Part shown: one piece after another, positions 1 through 8,995 of the stretch
Position numbering within the stretch: the first letter of the stretch is position 1
Layout: every line of letters begins with the position of its first letter
Source: Promicromonospora sp. NPDC023805
GTDB lineage: Bacteria; Actinomycetota; Actinomycetes; Actinomycetales; Cellulomonadaceae
Direction of reading: 5' to 3'
DNA length: 24,000 nt
Assembly (NCBI RefSeq): GCF_040639635.1
Contig: NZ_JBFAAH010000012.1
Span: forward strand, 91,132-115,131
Made by a program: the position numbers and the translations under genes
Notes under the pieces: generated by a model
Told to the model about the DNA's origin: nothing
Databases searched by the model: none
What the model saw: only the letters and a program-made list of their open reading frames with translations

Positions 1-1
1 C

Positions 2-1231
2 CACCCGACCGGCATGGTCTGGCCGCCCAGCGTCAAGGGCATCCTCGTGACCGAGGGCGTGCGCGGCGACGGCGGGGTGCTCAAGAACTCCGAGGGCAAG
101 CGGTTCATGTTCGAGTACGTGCCCGACGTCTTCAAGGGCCAGTACGCCGACACCGAGGACGAGGCGGACCGCTGGTACGACGACCAGGAGAAGAACCGCC
201 GCACACCCGACCTGCTGCCGCGCGACGAGGTGGCCCGCGCCATCAACACCGAGGTCAAGGAGGGGCGCGGCTCGCCGCACGGGGGTGTCTACCTCGACAT
301 CGCGAGCCGCATGCCGGCCGAGGAGATCAAGCGGCGTCTGCCCTCGATGTACCACCAGTTCAAGGAGCTGGCCGACGTCGACATCACCGCCGAGCCGATG
401 GAGGTCGGCCCGACCTGTCACTACGTGATGGGCGGGATCCAGGTCGACCCCGACACCGGGCAGTCCAGCGTTCCGGGACTGTTCGCGGCGGGGGAGTGCG
501 CTGGCGGCATGCACGGCTCGAACCGGCTCGGCGGCAACTCGCTCTCGGACCTGCTGGTGTTCGGCAGGCGTGCGGGGCTCGGCGCGGCCGACTACGTCGT
601 CGGCCTGGAGAGCAGGCCCGCCGTGCGCGCGGCCGACGTCGACGCGGCGGCCGAGATGACGCTCGCCCCGTTCGACCCGCCGTCGGACACCCAGGACGGG
701 ACCGGCGGCGCGGGAGCCGAGAACCCGTACACCCTGCACGCCGAGCTGCAGCGGATGATGAACGACCTGGTGGGCATCATCCGCACGGAGTCGGAGGTGG
801 CCGAGGCACAGCGGCGGCTCGGCGAGCTGCGCGCCCGGGTGCGGCAGGTGTTCGTCGAGGGCCACCGGCAGTACAACCCCGGCTGGCACCTGGCGCTCGA
901 CCTGCGCAACATGCTCATGGTCAGCGAGGCGGTGGCGGCGTCGGCCCAGCTGCGCACCGAGAGCCGCGGCGGGCACACCCGCGAGGACCATCCGGGGCTC
1001 GACGCCGAGTGGCGCCGCCGGGTGCTCGTGACGCGCTGCGCCGACAGCGGCGCGGTGGTGCCGCGCGTCGTCGTCGAGCCCGCCGAACGGGTGCCCATGC
1101 GCGAGGACCTGCTCGCGCTCTTCGAGTTCTCCGAGCTCCAGAAGTACTACACGCCGGCCGAGCTGGCCGCGCACCCCGGGCAACGGGCCGATCCAGATCC
1201 AGAGCCAGATCCAAGGGGAGGGACCGCATGA
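2..1231 (+). CDS. sdhA: succinate dehydrogenase / fumarate reductase flavoprotein subunit (5'-truncated by window edge)
   Basis: Open frame from the window edge; [59 protein letters not shown] and C-terminal helical region with RxxMxxxVGIIRTE-like segment typical of SdhA/FrdA; followed by an ATGA-overlapping iron-sulfur subunit gene. Confidence 0.95.
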   Translation, partial: HPTGMVWPPSVKGILVTEGVRGDGGVLKNSEGKRFMFEYVPDVFKGQYADTEDEADRWYDDQEKNRRTPDLLPRDEVARAINTEVKEGRGSPHGGVYLDIASRMPAEEIKRRLPSMYHQFKELADVDITAEPMEVGPTCHYVMGGIQVDPDTGQSSVPGLFAAGECAGGMHGSNRLGGNSLSDLLVFGRRAGLGAADYVVGLESRPAVRAADVDAAAEMTLAPFDPPSDTQDGTGGAGAENPYTLHAELQRMMNDLVGIIRTESEVAEAQRRLGELRARVRQVFVEGHRQYNPGWHLALDLRNMLMVSEAVAASAQLRTESRGGHTREDHPGLDAEWRRRVLVTRCADSGAVVPRVVVEPAERVPMREDLLALFEFSELQKYYTPAELAAHPGQRADPDPEPDPRGGTA

Positions 1232-1980
1232 GCTACACGGGAACGTTCCGGGTCTGGCGGGGTGACGCCGACGGCGGCGCGCTGGCCGACTTCCACGTCG
1301 AGGTCAACGAGGGCGAGGTGGTGCTCGACGTCCTCCACCGGCTGCAGGCCACGCAGACACCCGACCTCGCGGTGCGGTGGAACTGCAAGGCAGGCAAGTG
1401 CGGGTCGTGCTCGGCGGAGATCAACGGGAAGCCACGCCTGCTGTGCATGACGCGGATGTCGGTGTTCGAGCGCGACGACGTCGTGACCATCACGCCGATG
1501 CGGACGTTCCCGGTGATCCGCGACCTCGTGACCGACGTGTCGTTCAACTACGCGAAGGCGCGCGAGATCCCGTCGTTCACGCCGCCCGCGGACCTGGGGC
1601 CTGGCGAGTACCGGATGGCGCAGGTCGACGTCGGGCGCTCGCAGGAGTTCCGCAAGTGCATCGAGTGCTTCCTGTGCCAGGACACCTGCCACGTGGTGCG
1701 CGACCACGAGGAGAACAAGGAGTCGTTCGCCGGGCCGCGCTTCCTGATGCGGATCGCCGAGCTGGAGATGCACCCGCTCGACGTCGCCGACCGGGTGCCC
1801 GCCGCGCAGGAGGAGCACGGGCTCGGCCGGTGCAACATCACGAAGTGCTGCACCGACGTCTGCCCGGAAGGCATCAAGATCACCGACAACGCGCTGATCC
1901 CGATGAAGGAGCGCGTGGCCGACCGGCGGTACGACCCGTTGGTCTGGCTGGGCCGGACGATCTCGCGCAGGCGCGACTGA
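1228..1980 (+). CDS. sdhB: succinate dehydrogenase / fumarate reductase iron-sulfur subunit
   Basis: Starts at ATG 1228 ([13 protein letters not shown]...) inside ORF 496..1980; 2Fe-2S motif CKAGKCGSC...C and [11 protein letters not shown] / CCTDVCPEG cluster motifs; GGGAGG ribosome-binding site; 4-nt overlap with sdhA. Confidence 0.95.
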   Translation: MSYTGTFRVWRGDADGGALADFHVEVNEGEVVLDVLHRLQATQTPDLAVRWNCKAGKCGSCSAEINGKPRLLCMTRMSVFERDDVVTITPMRTFPVIRDLVTDVSFNYAKAREIPSFTPPADLGPGEYRMAQVDVGRSQEFRKCIECFLCQDTCHVVRDHEENKESFAGPRFLMRIAELEMHPLDVADRVPAAQEEHGLGRCNITKCCTDVCPEGIKITDNALIPMKERVADRRYDPLVWLGRTISRRRD

Positions 1981-2037
1981 CGGCCAGGTGGTGATCAGTT
2001 TTGTCTCGTAACTGTTCAATCAGATATGCTGGCGCGT

Positions 2038-2331
2038 ATGAGCTCGTTGGAGATCACACCCGAGTCGGACGACGAGTGGGAGCAGGTGATCCGCCGTCAT
2101 CTCGCCGCAGGTGAGCGTGCACACGTGACCTTCGAGCGGCCGTCGATGACGCCGGCCGAGATGGCGGACAGCATTGGCGTCTCGCGGGCGACGATCCAGC
2201 GCCGGATCCTCGCGGGTGAGATCCGGTCGGAGCGCCGGGGTAACCGGCACCGCATTCCGCTGCACGAGGTGGAACGGTTCCGCCACGCCTACGTCCGCGA
2301 GATGGCGACAGATCTTGCAGCCGACTTCTGA
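2038..2331 (+). CDS. helix-turn-helix (excisionase/MerR-like) DNA-binding protein, probable antitoxin of a PIN-domain TA pair
   Basis: PSMTPAEMADSIGVSRATIQRRILAGEIRSERRGNRHRIPLHEVERF is a typical HTH_17-type motif; overlaps the downstream PIN gene. Alternative start ATG 2026. Confidence 0.75.
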   Translation: MSSLEITPESDDEWEQVIRRHLAAGERAHVTFERPSMTPAEMADSIGVSRATIQRRILAGEIRSERRGNRHRIPLHEVERFRHAYVREMATDLAADF

Positions 2332-2995
2332 GCACCGCGTCTTCGTCGACGCCAACGTTCTCGCCTCCCCGGTCCCGCGAACCATCCTGTACCTGTCCCA
2401 GCCGCTGTCGGACTTCCAGCTCGTCTTCAGTCCGTGGGTCGAGCGGGAGGCGGAACGGCACCAGAAGGCGGGTCACATACCGGTGTCGACCTTGCGACAG
2501 CGCTTCGACTGGGAGTTCGTGCCCGATGCTGATGACTTCGACGGGTTGGTCGACACAGACCCGAAGGACCAGCCCGTGCTGGCATCGGCGGTGGAGGCGA
2601 AAGCTCGTTACCTGGTGACGGCGAACGTGCGGGACTTCGGAGAGAAGGACCTGGCCGAGCATCGGATGGTCGCTGTGCACCCGGGATTGTTCCTGGCGCA
2701 TCATGTGTCGGCTCAGAGCTACCGCGAAGTCCTCGAGGCGGTCGGCGAGAAGCGCGGCCGGGAGCCGCGCGATCCGTTGTCCATCCATCAGCAGGAGATC
2801 TCGGTCCACCTGCCCGCCCTCTTCGATGCCTACCGGGATCTGTTCGGCCATGCCACGCCTGATACCAGTCATGGGCCGCCGATGCTGTCCTTCCGGGGCA
2901 CGCGATGTGTGGAGTGCTATCGCGTTCTTCGCGAGGACCTGCAGCGTGATCCGGGCCTGTGCCAGCGGTGCGGGGCCGACACGGCTCGTAGATGA
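2315..2995 (+). CDS. PIN-domain ribonuclease-like protein, probable toxin, with C-terminal CxxC...CxxC segment
   Basis: EHRVFVDANVLASP...DPKDQPVLASAVEAKARYLVTANVRDFG matches PIN-domain acidic-residue architecture; start assumed at TTG 2315, overlapping the HTH gene; the exact start is uncertain. Confidence 0.75.
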   Translation: MQPTSEHRVFVDANVLASPVPRTILYLSQPLSDFQLVFSPWVEREAERHQKAGHIPVSTLRQRFDWEFVPDADDFDGLVDTDPKDQPVLASAVEAKARYLVTANVRDFGEKDLAEHRMVAVHPGLFLAHHVSAQSYREVLEAVGEKRGREPRDPLSIHQQEISVHLPALFDAYRDLFGHATPDTSHGPPMLSFRGTRCVECYRVLREDLQRDPGLCQRCGADTARR

Positions 2996-3028
2996 GCCGG
3001 CCGGCGTCCGCACTTCGCTAGCAACCGT

Positions 3029-4282
3029 TCAGTACCGCGGCAGCGCGTCCGTGAACGCAGGGTCCCGGCGGCGCATGTAGTCGCCGTCGTTCCGCGCGCC
3101 GCGGCCTGAGCGCAGGAAACGCTCGTGGAGCTCCTCGACGCGCGCCAGGTCGACGTCTACGCCGAGCCCCGGACCGGTCGGAACGGTCACCGCGCCGTCG
3201 ACGATCTCGATCCCGCCGTCCGGGACGACGTCGTCGGCCCGGTTCCAGGGGTAGTGCGTGTCGCAGGCGTAGGCGAGGTTGGGGATCGCCGCGGCCACGT
3301 GCGTCATGGCCGCGAGCGAGATGCCGAGGTGCGAGTTCGAGTGCATGGACACGCCCATGCCCGTCGCCTCGCAGATCGCGGCGAGCTCCTTGGTGCGGCG
3401 CAGGCCGCCCCAGTAGTGGTGGTCGCTCAGGAGGATCTGGACGGCGTCGCTCCGGACCGCCGGGAGGATGTGCTCGGTCTCGACCACGCACATGTTGGTC
3501 GCGAGAGGGAGCCCCGTCTCGGCGTGCACCCGGCTCATCCCGTCGATGCCGAGCACGGGGTCCTCGAGGTATTCGAGGACGCCGTCCAGCCGTCGCGCTA
3601 CGTCGAGGGCGGTGCTGTGCGACCAGGCTCCGTTCGGGTCGATGCGGAGGGGCAGGCCGGGGAACGCCTCGGCCAGGGCGAGGAGCGAGGCGACCTCGAC
3701 GTCGGGGTGCAGCGCCCCGGCCTTGAGCTTGATCGACCGGAAGCCGTACTGGTCGATCATCCGCTTGGCCTGCGCCACTATCCCGTCCGGGTCGAGGGCG
3801 GGGCCCCACTCGTCGTCATCGGCCCCGATGTGCCCTGCCCACTTGAAGAAGAGGTACGCGCTGTAGTCGACGCTGTCCCGCAGGGCGCCGCCGAGCAGCT
3901 CGCTCACCGGACGGCCGAGCAGCTTGCCCTGGGCATCCAGCGCCGCCACCTCGATCGGGGCGAACGTCATGAGGCGGGCCTGCGCGCCGAGGTCGGGCCG
4001 CAGCCGCCGCAGCACGGCGTCGACCACGGACTCGATGCGGGACGTCGCGAACACGTCCAGCCCCAGCAGCTCGGCCTCGAGCGCGGGGACGGCGTCGGGG
4101 GGCAGCGCGTCGCCGCGTCCCTCGCCCCACGCGACGACGTCGCCGATCTCGAGCCGCACGACCGTGCGCAGCGCCAGCGGCTCGTGCACCCCCGCGGCAT
4201 TCAGCAGCGGCGGGTCGGAGAACGCGAGGGGGTAGACGGTGAAGCCCGTGATCCGGCCGTCGATGAAGGTCATCTTGCTCAT
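3029..4282 (-). CDS. enolase-superfamily dehydratase, glucarate dehydratase-like
   Basis: 417 aa; IKLKAG...LRIDPNGAW, YLEDPVLG, TNMCV, SDHHYWGG motifs of the glucarate dehydratase/mandelate racemase group; last gene of a translationally coupled operon with sugar ABC transporter genes. Confidence 0.85.
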   Translation of the reverse strand: MSKMTFIDGRITGFTVYPLAFSDPPLLNAAGVHEPLALRTVVRLEIGDVVAWGEGRGDALPPDAVPALEAELLGLDVFATSRIESVVDAVLRRLRPDLGAQARLMTFAPIEVAALDAQGKLLGRPVSELLGGALRDSVDYSAYLFFKWAGHIGADDDEWGPALDPDGIVAQAKRMIDQYGFRSIKLKAGALHPDVEVASLLALAEAFPGLPLRIDPNGAWSHSTALDVARRLDGVLEYLEDPVLGIDGMSRVHAETGLPLATNMCVVETEHILPAVRSDAVQILLSDHHYWGGLRRTKELAAICEATGMGVSMHSNSHLGISLAAMTHVAAAIPNLAYACDTHYPWNRADDVVPDGGIEIVDGAVTVPTGPGLGVDVDLARVEELHERFLRSGRGARNDGDYMRRRDPAFTDALPRY

Positions 4283-5145
4283 CCTTTGATTGCTCCCGCC
4301 GAGATACCGCGCATGAACGACCGCTGGAAACCGAGGAAGGCGAGGATGGCGGGCACCATCGCCAGCGTGGAGGCGACGAGGACGACGCCGATGCCCACCT
4401 CAGGATCGGCGCGCAGGCTGCTCAGCGCGAGCGGCAGGGTGTAGTTCTTCGCGTCCGACGCCACCAGCAGCGGCAGCAGGTACTGGTCCCAGATCATGGT
4501 GAACCCGAAGACGCCGATGACGCCGAGGGCCGGGGTCACGGTCGGCAGCACCACCGACCAGAAGACGCGGAACTCGCCCGCGCCGTCGAGCCGTGCGGCC
4601 TCCTCGAGCTCGGTGGGCACCTCCTTCATGAACTCGGTCATGACGAGGATCGCGAAACCCCACGCGACGATCGGCACGATCATCCCGGCGAGCGAGTCGG
4701 TCAGGTTCAGGTGCAGCAGGGGCAGGTCGGACAGCACCACCGCGAGCGGGATCGCGAGGATCTCCTCCGGCAGCATCATGGTCGCCAGGATCAGCACCAT
4801 CACTATGCCGGCGCCCCGGAACTTCTTGCGGGCCAGCGCGTAGGCCGCCAGCACCGACACCGCCATCTGCAGCAGCAGCCCGACACCGACCACGAACAGC
4901 GAGTTGGCCAGGTACCGCAGGACGTCGCGGCTGAGCGCCGCCCGCCAGTTGTCCAGCGTGAGGTCGGTCGGGAAGAGCGAGAGGCGGGACGGGTCGCGCG
5001 AGCCGTCGAAGGCTCCGACCAGGATCGCGATGAGCGGCCCGGCGAAGGTCAGCACGACCAGCGCGCACACCAGCGCCGTGATCGCCCGGATCCACCAGCT
5101 GTTCTGGGCGCCCAGGCCCAGCGCCGTGTCGAGGTTCTTGCTCAT
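4279..5145 (-). CDS. carbohydrate ABC transporter permease (MalG-like)
   Basis: 288 aa, multiple hydrophobic helices, EAA-loop-like segment EEAARLDGAGEFRVFWSVVLPTVTPALG; ATGA overlap with the neighbouring gene. Confidence 0.9.
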   Translation of the reverse strand: MSKNLDTALGLGAQNSWWIRAITALVCALVVLTFAGPLIAILVGAFDGSRDPSRLSLFPTDLTLDNWRAALSRDVLRYLANSLFVVGVGLLLQMAVSVLAAYALARKKFRGAGIVMVLILATMMLPEEILAIPLAVVLSDLPLLHLNLTDSLAGMIVPIVAWGFAILVMTEFMKEVPTELEEAARLDGAGEFRVFWSVVLPTVTPALGVIGVFGFTMIWDQYLLPLLVASDAKNYTLPLALSSLRADPEVGIGVVLVASTLAMVPAILAFLGFQRSFMRGISAGAIKG

Positions 5146-6113
5146 GATTCCTCCTTGCGTACGCCGGAGCGCACCAGAAGCGTCAGGACGATGGTGGCCA
5201 GCAGCAGCACCACGGAGCCGGCGGCGGCGACCCCGAGCTCCACCCGTTCGAACCCGAGCCGGTAGATCAGCGTCATGAGCACCTCGCTCGACCCGTTGGG
5301 CCCGCCGTTGGTCAGGAGGTACACCTCGGTGAAGATGCGCATCGCCCGGATCGCGGCGAGCGTCAGCAGGATGGCGAGCGCCGGGCGCAGCGCGGGCAGC
5401 GTCACGTACCGGATCCGGCGGACCCAGCCCGCGCCGTCGAGCGCGGAGGCCTCGTAGAGCGACCGGTCCACGCCGACCAGGCCGGCGATGATGATGATCA
5501 TGTCGTAGGGCGCGTCACGCCAGATGCCGACGAGGATCACCGACAGCAGCGAGGTGTCGGGCGAGTTGATCCACTGCGACGGCTCGATGAGGAAGAAGCC
5601 GAGGATGCTGTTGGCCAGCCCGTCCTCGGTGGGGTGGTAGATGATGCGCCAGAGCTCGGCGATCACCGCCGTCGGCACGACGACGGGCAGGAACGCGGCG
5701 GAACGCACGAACCAGAGCCGGCGGGCCTGTCCCTCGAGCAGGAGCGCGAGCGCGAACCCGACCAGGACGGCGCCGGCGGTCTGTGCGACGGCGATGATCG
5801 CCGTGTGCCCGGCCGCGGCGAGGAACTCGTCCGTCGCGACCAGGGCGCGGTAGTTGTCCCAGCCCACCCAGGAGTTGCCGAGGTACGGCTGCACGTCCTG
5901 GAAGCTCATCACGAAGGCCTGGCCCATCGGGATGAACTTGAAGTAGACGAACAGCACGAGTGCCGGGGCGAGGAAGGCCCACGGGATCCACCAGGCGCCC
6001 AGGCGGCGGCTGGTCCGCCGCTCGACGGGCGCGCGGCCCGACGGCGGCTGCGGCGGCGTTCCTTCTCGGGTCAGCCCGGTTCGGGTCAGCTCGGTTCGGG
6101 TCGGCACGGTCAT
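5142..6113 (-). CDS. carbohydrate ABC transporter permease (MalF-like)
   Basis: Within ORF 5142..6704; start at MTVPTRTELTRTG (ATG complement 6111-6113); YEASALDGAGWVRRIRYVTLPALRPAL EAA loop; ATGA coupling with both neighbours. Confidence 0.9.
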   Translation of the reverse strand: MTVPTRTELTRTGLTREGTPPQPPSGRAPVERRTSRRLGAWWIPWAFLAPALVLFVYFKFIPMGQAFVMSFQDVQPYLGNSWVGWDNYRALVATDEFLAAAGHTAIIAVAQTAGAVLVGFALALLLEGQARRLWFVRSAAFLPVVVPTAVIAELWRIIYHPTEDGLANSILGFFLIEPSQWINSPDTSLLSVILVGIWRDAPYDMIIIIAGLVGVDRSLYEASALDGAGWVRRIRYVTLPALRPALAILLTLAAIRAMRIFTEVYLLTNGGPNGSSEVLMTLIYRLGFERVELGVAAAGSVVLLLATIVLTLLVRSGVRKEES

Positions 6114-7432
6114 GGCGCGAGCACCTCCTGGTCGGCGAGCTCCGCCGTGAACACCTCGTCGAGGGCCTCCATCTCGGTGCGCACGTCCAGCGAGCAGTCG
6201 CTGATCAAGGCGTTGAGCGTGTTCGCCGACGCGGTGAGGAAGGGGGTCCAGTTGGGGACGGCGGGCACGTACCTGCCGTTGTTGTCGTAGAGCTCCTGGA
6301 ACGTCTCCCACTCCTGCGGGTCCCGCATGCCGTCCATGTCGACCGTCGAGTTCACGGGCAGGCGGACGATGTTGCCGTCCTCGTGCCCGGCCATGCCGAT
6401 CTTCTGGCCCGCTGGCGAGATCACGTACTCGGCGAAGCGCTCCTGTGCGCTCTCGCTCGCCGAGCCCGCCATCAGGTAGACGTTGTTGCCCTCCGCGAGG
6501 GTGACGAGCCCGGCCGGACCGGGCGGCGGCGGGATGACCTCGAGGTCGTCGCCGAGGCTGTCGACGAGCGCGGGCAGCTCGTACGGGGCGACGAGGAACG
6601 ACCCGGCGCCGCCCGTCTGGAACGTCTCCTTCGTGTTCGTCGTGTCCTGGCTGCTCGCGCCCGGCTGCAGCACGCCTTCGGTGCAGGCGAGGTCCCGGAT
6701 CCACGTGGCGGCGGCGACAGCGCTGTCATCAGCGACGGCGGAGCGGTAGCCCTCCGGGGTCTCCTCGAAGTACTCGCCGCCGCCGGACCAGAAGAACGTG
6801 GAGGTGTTCCACGAGATGTAGCCCCGCTCCGTGGTCCCGGGGACGGCGATGCCGGCGACCTTCTCGCCGGTGCCGGTGGGGTCGTCCTCGACGTAGCCGC
6901 GCCACATGGCGACCAGGGACTCCCAGTCGTCGGGCACCGAGAGCCCGAGGTTCTCCCGCCAGTCCTTGCGGTTGAAGAGCGCGACGGTGTGCGCGGTCAT
7001 CGGCACGCCGTAGTAGCCGCCGAAGTAGGAGCGTGCACCGTCCCAGGCCCGTTCGTTGATGTCCTCGGAGCCGTCGATCTGCTCCGGGTCGATCTCGCGC
7101 AGGAAGCCCTGGCTCTGCATGTTGCCGAGCTGTGCGGTGTCGTTGATGACGATGTCCGGCAGGTTCCGCTGCACCGCGCGCTGCTGCAGCTTGATCTCGA
7201 AGTTGTCGGAGATCGAGGTCATGGTCGCCGGAATGCCCGTCTTCTTCGTGAACTCGCGGACGAGCTCCTGCCCGATGAGGTCGGAGGGGCTGCCGGGTCC
7301 CTTGCGCTGCCAGATCTCGAGCGACTGCTCCTGGGCGGGCACCTGGTCCACTTCTGCGGCTGCCGTCATCCCGGAGCATCCCGCGAGAGCAAGGACTGCG
7401 GCGAGACCGGCTATTGCTTGTGCTCTGGTCAT
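6110..7432 (-). CDS. extracellular sugar-binding lipoprotein of an ABC transporter
   Basis: 440 aa, signal peptide with lipobox (AVLALAGC), SBP family 1-like features (LEIWQRKG..., ITNDT/INDTAQLGNM, YYGVPMTAHTVALFNRKDW). Confidence 0.9.
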   Translation of the reverse strand: MTRAQAIAGLAAVLALAGCSGMTAAAEVDQVPAQEQSLEIWQRKGPGSPSDLIGQELVREFTKKTGIPATMTSISDNFEIKLQQRAVQRNLPDIVINDTAQLGNMQSQGFLREIDPEQIDGSEDINERAWDGARSYFGGYYGVPMTAHTVALFNRKDWRENLGLSVPDDWESLVAMWRGYVEDDPTGTGEKVAGIAVPGTTERGYISWNTSTFFWSGGGEYFEETPEGYRSAVADDSAVAAATWIRDLACTEGVLQPGASSQDTTNTKETFQTGGAGSFLVAPYELPALVDSLGDDLEVIPPPPGPAGLVTLAEGNNVYLMAGSASESAQERFAEYVISPAGQKIGMAGHEDGNIVRLPVNSTVDMDGMRDPQEWETFQELYDNNGRYVPAVPNWTPFLTASANTLNALISDCSLDVRTEMEALDEVFTAELADQEVLAP

Positions 7433-7471
7433 GAGCTCCGTCGTTCATGAGGGGGTGAAAAGGTGTTCGCC

Positions 7472-7501
7472 ACCGTAGGAACCGGATGGCCATGCTGTCC
7501 A
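7472..7501 (-). promoter_or_regulatory. candidate promoter of the sugar ABC transporter operon (TGGACA-N18-TACGGT on the minus strand)
   Basis: -35-like TGGACA = complement of 7496-7501; -10-like TACGGT = complement of 7472-7477; 18-nt spacer; about 40 nt upstream of the ATG at 7432. Confidence 0.4.
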
Positions 7502-7681
7502 GAACCGGAATTGCATGCACTGATGCCGCGACTGCATTACCGGGGGTCCTCCCGGTCCTGCTAAGTTCGAGGCACTCGTCCAGGTCCGCCTTGTCCTGGG
7601 CCGCGTCACCCCGCCCGGTGCGGCAGTCAGACGCCGGCCACCTCGGTGGCCCGTCCCGCCGGGCGGCGCTGAGGACATCTC

Positions 7682-8890
7682 ATGCCCCGAGCCACCACCG
7701 GCTACGGCCCCCTGCTGCGCACCCCCGGCGCAGCCGCCTTCTTTCTCACCGCCGCGTTCGGTCGCGTCGGCATCGCCATGACGGGCCTCGGCCTCGTCTG
7801 GCTGCTGCACGACCGCACCGGCTCCTATGCGACGGCGGGCCTCGCCGCCGCCGGGTTCGCCCTGGCCGAGGCCCTGGTCGGCCCGCACCTGGCCCGGCTG
7901 ATCGACCGGTTCGGCCAGACCCGCGTGCTGCCGTTCTACCTCCTCGGGCACGGCGCCGCGGTAGCCGGCCTGCTCCTGTCGACGACGCCCGCCGCCGCGA
8001 TCGTCGCAGCCACCTGCGCCGGAGCGGCGGTACCGCAGCTCGGCGCGCTGTCGGCCGCCCGCTGGGCACACCTGCTGCGGGCCGAACGGGCAGACGAGCT
8101 GCCCACTGCCTTCTCCCTGGAGTCGCTGGCCAACGCCACCGCGTTCCTCCTCGGCCCGGTGCTGGTCACCGCACTCGGCGCGGCAGGGCACCCAGTCCTG
8201 GCCAGCGCCATCGCCGCCGCGCTGATCGTCGGCGGGGGTGTGGCGCTGGCCGCCCAACGCGGCACCGCACCGCCTCCAGCCCGGGGGAGCACCGACGGGA
8301 CGCCGCGCGAACGGTCCTCCCTGCTGCGGCCGGCCTTCCTCCTCCTCGCCCTGCTCAACCTCGCGATCGGGCTCTACTTCGGCACAATGGGTGTCGCGGT
8401 CACCGCGTTCGCCGTCGGCCAGGGCACCCCCGCCGTCGCGACGCCGATCATCGCCGCCGCAAGCCTCAGCGGACTCCTCGCCGGCTGGCTCTACGGGCTG
8501 CGCAAACACCCGACCCCGGCACACCGTCAGCTCGTGCTCGTCACGATCTACCTGACGGCGACGGCGGCGCTGCTACCCCTCGCGCCGTCCGCACTCTGGC
8601 TCGGGGTCGGCGTGGTGCTCACGGAGGCGGCGATCCCGCCGGCCCTCGTGCTGCTGACCGTCCTGACCGAACGGGCAGTCCAGCCCACGACGCTCACCCA
8701 GGCCTTCACCTGGAACAACTCCGCGAGCGCTGCGGGGTCGGCGCTCGCGGCGGCCCTGGCGGGACGCGCCGCGGACGCCTGGGGCCCGTCGGGCGCGCTC
8801 GTGCAGGCGCCCGTGGCGGGGCTCGTACTGGTCGTTCTGGCCCTGGTGCTATCCCTGGTCCTGGCGCGCCGACCCGCGCGGCTGCGCTAA
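7682..8890 (+). CDS. major facilitator superfamily transporter
   Basis: 402 aa with about a dozen hydrophobic helices; GYGPLLRTPGAAAFFLTAAFGRVGIAMTGLGLVWLLHD... and cytoplasmic-loop architecture typical of MFS; GAGGA RBS upstream. Confidence 0.85.
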   Translation: MPRATTGYGPLLRTPGAAAFFLTAAFGRVGIAMTGLGLVWLLHDRTGSYATAGLAAAGFALAEALVGPHLARLIDRFGQTRVLPFYLLGHGAAVAGLLLSTTPAAAIVAATCAGAAVPQLGALSAARWAHLLRAERADELPTAFSLESLANATAFLLGPVLVTALGAAGHPVLASAIAAALIVGGGVALAAQRGTAPPPARGSTDGTPRERSSLLRPAFLLLALLNLAIGLYFGTMGVAVTAFAVGQGTPAVATPIIAAASLSGLLAGWLYGLRKHPTPAHRQLVLVTIYLTATAALLPLAPSALWLGVGVVLTEAAIPPALVLLTVLTERAVQPTTLTQAFTWNNSASAAGSALAAALAGRAADAWGPSGALVQAPVAGLVLVVLALVLSLVLARRPARLR

Positions 8891-8995
8891 CGAGCTATAG
8901 GCCCGCGCTCGTGGGGGCAGGTTCACCCCGTGCTCGCCAGCTGGCGGTCGCCCGTCGCCGGTACGGTCGGATAGACGTTCCCGCTCCGGCGTGAG

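Noticed and set aside
1190-1213. 6-bp repeats GATCCA GATCCA GAGCCA GATCCA at the end of sdhA (DPDPEPDP)
   Set aside because: Ordinary low-complexity C-terminal tail; no evidence of function beyond coding.
2054-4444. Long overlapping ORFs 3125..4444 (+, 439 aa) and 2054..3013 (-, 319 aa)
   Set aside because: Antisense shadows of the dehydratase and PIN genes with no recognisable motifs.
5960-7450. 496-aa plus-strand ORF
   Set aside because: Antisense to the solute-binding lipoprotein, which has a convincing signal peptide and family motifs.
7539-7556. ACCGGG-GGTCCT-CCCGGT short hairpin upstream of the ABC operon
   Set aside because: Six-bp GC-rich arms expected frequently by chance; no link to a mapped element.
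8890-8912. ACGAGC...GCTCGT inverted repeat after the MFS gene as a terminator
   Set aside because: Only 6-bp arms with an 11-nt loop; too weak to call.
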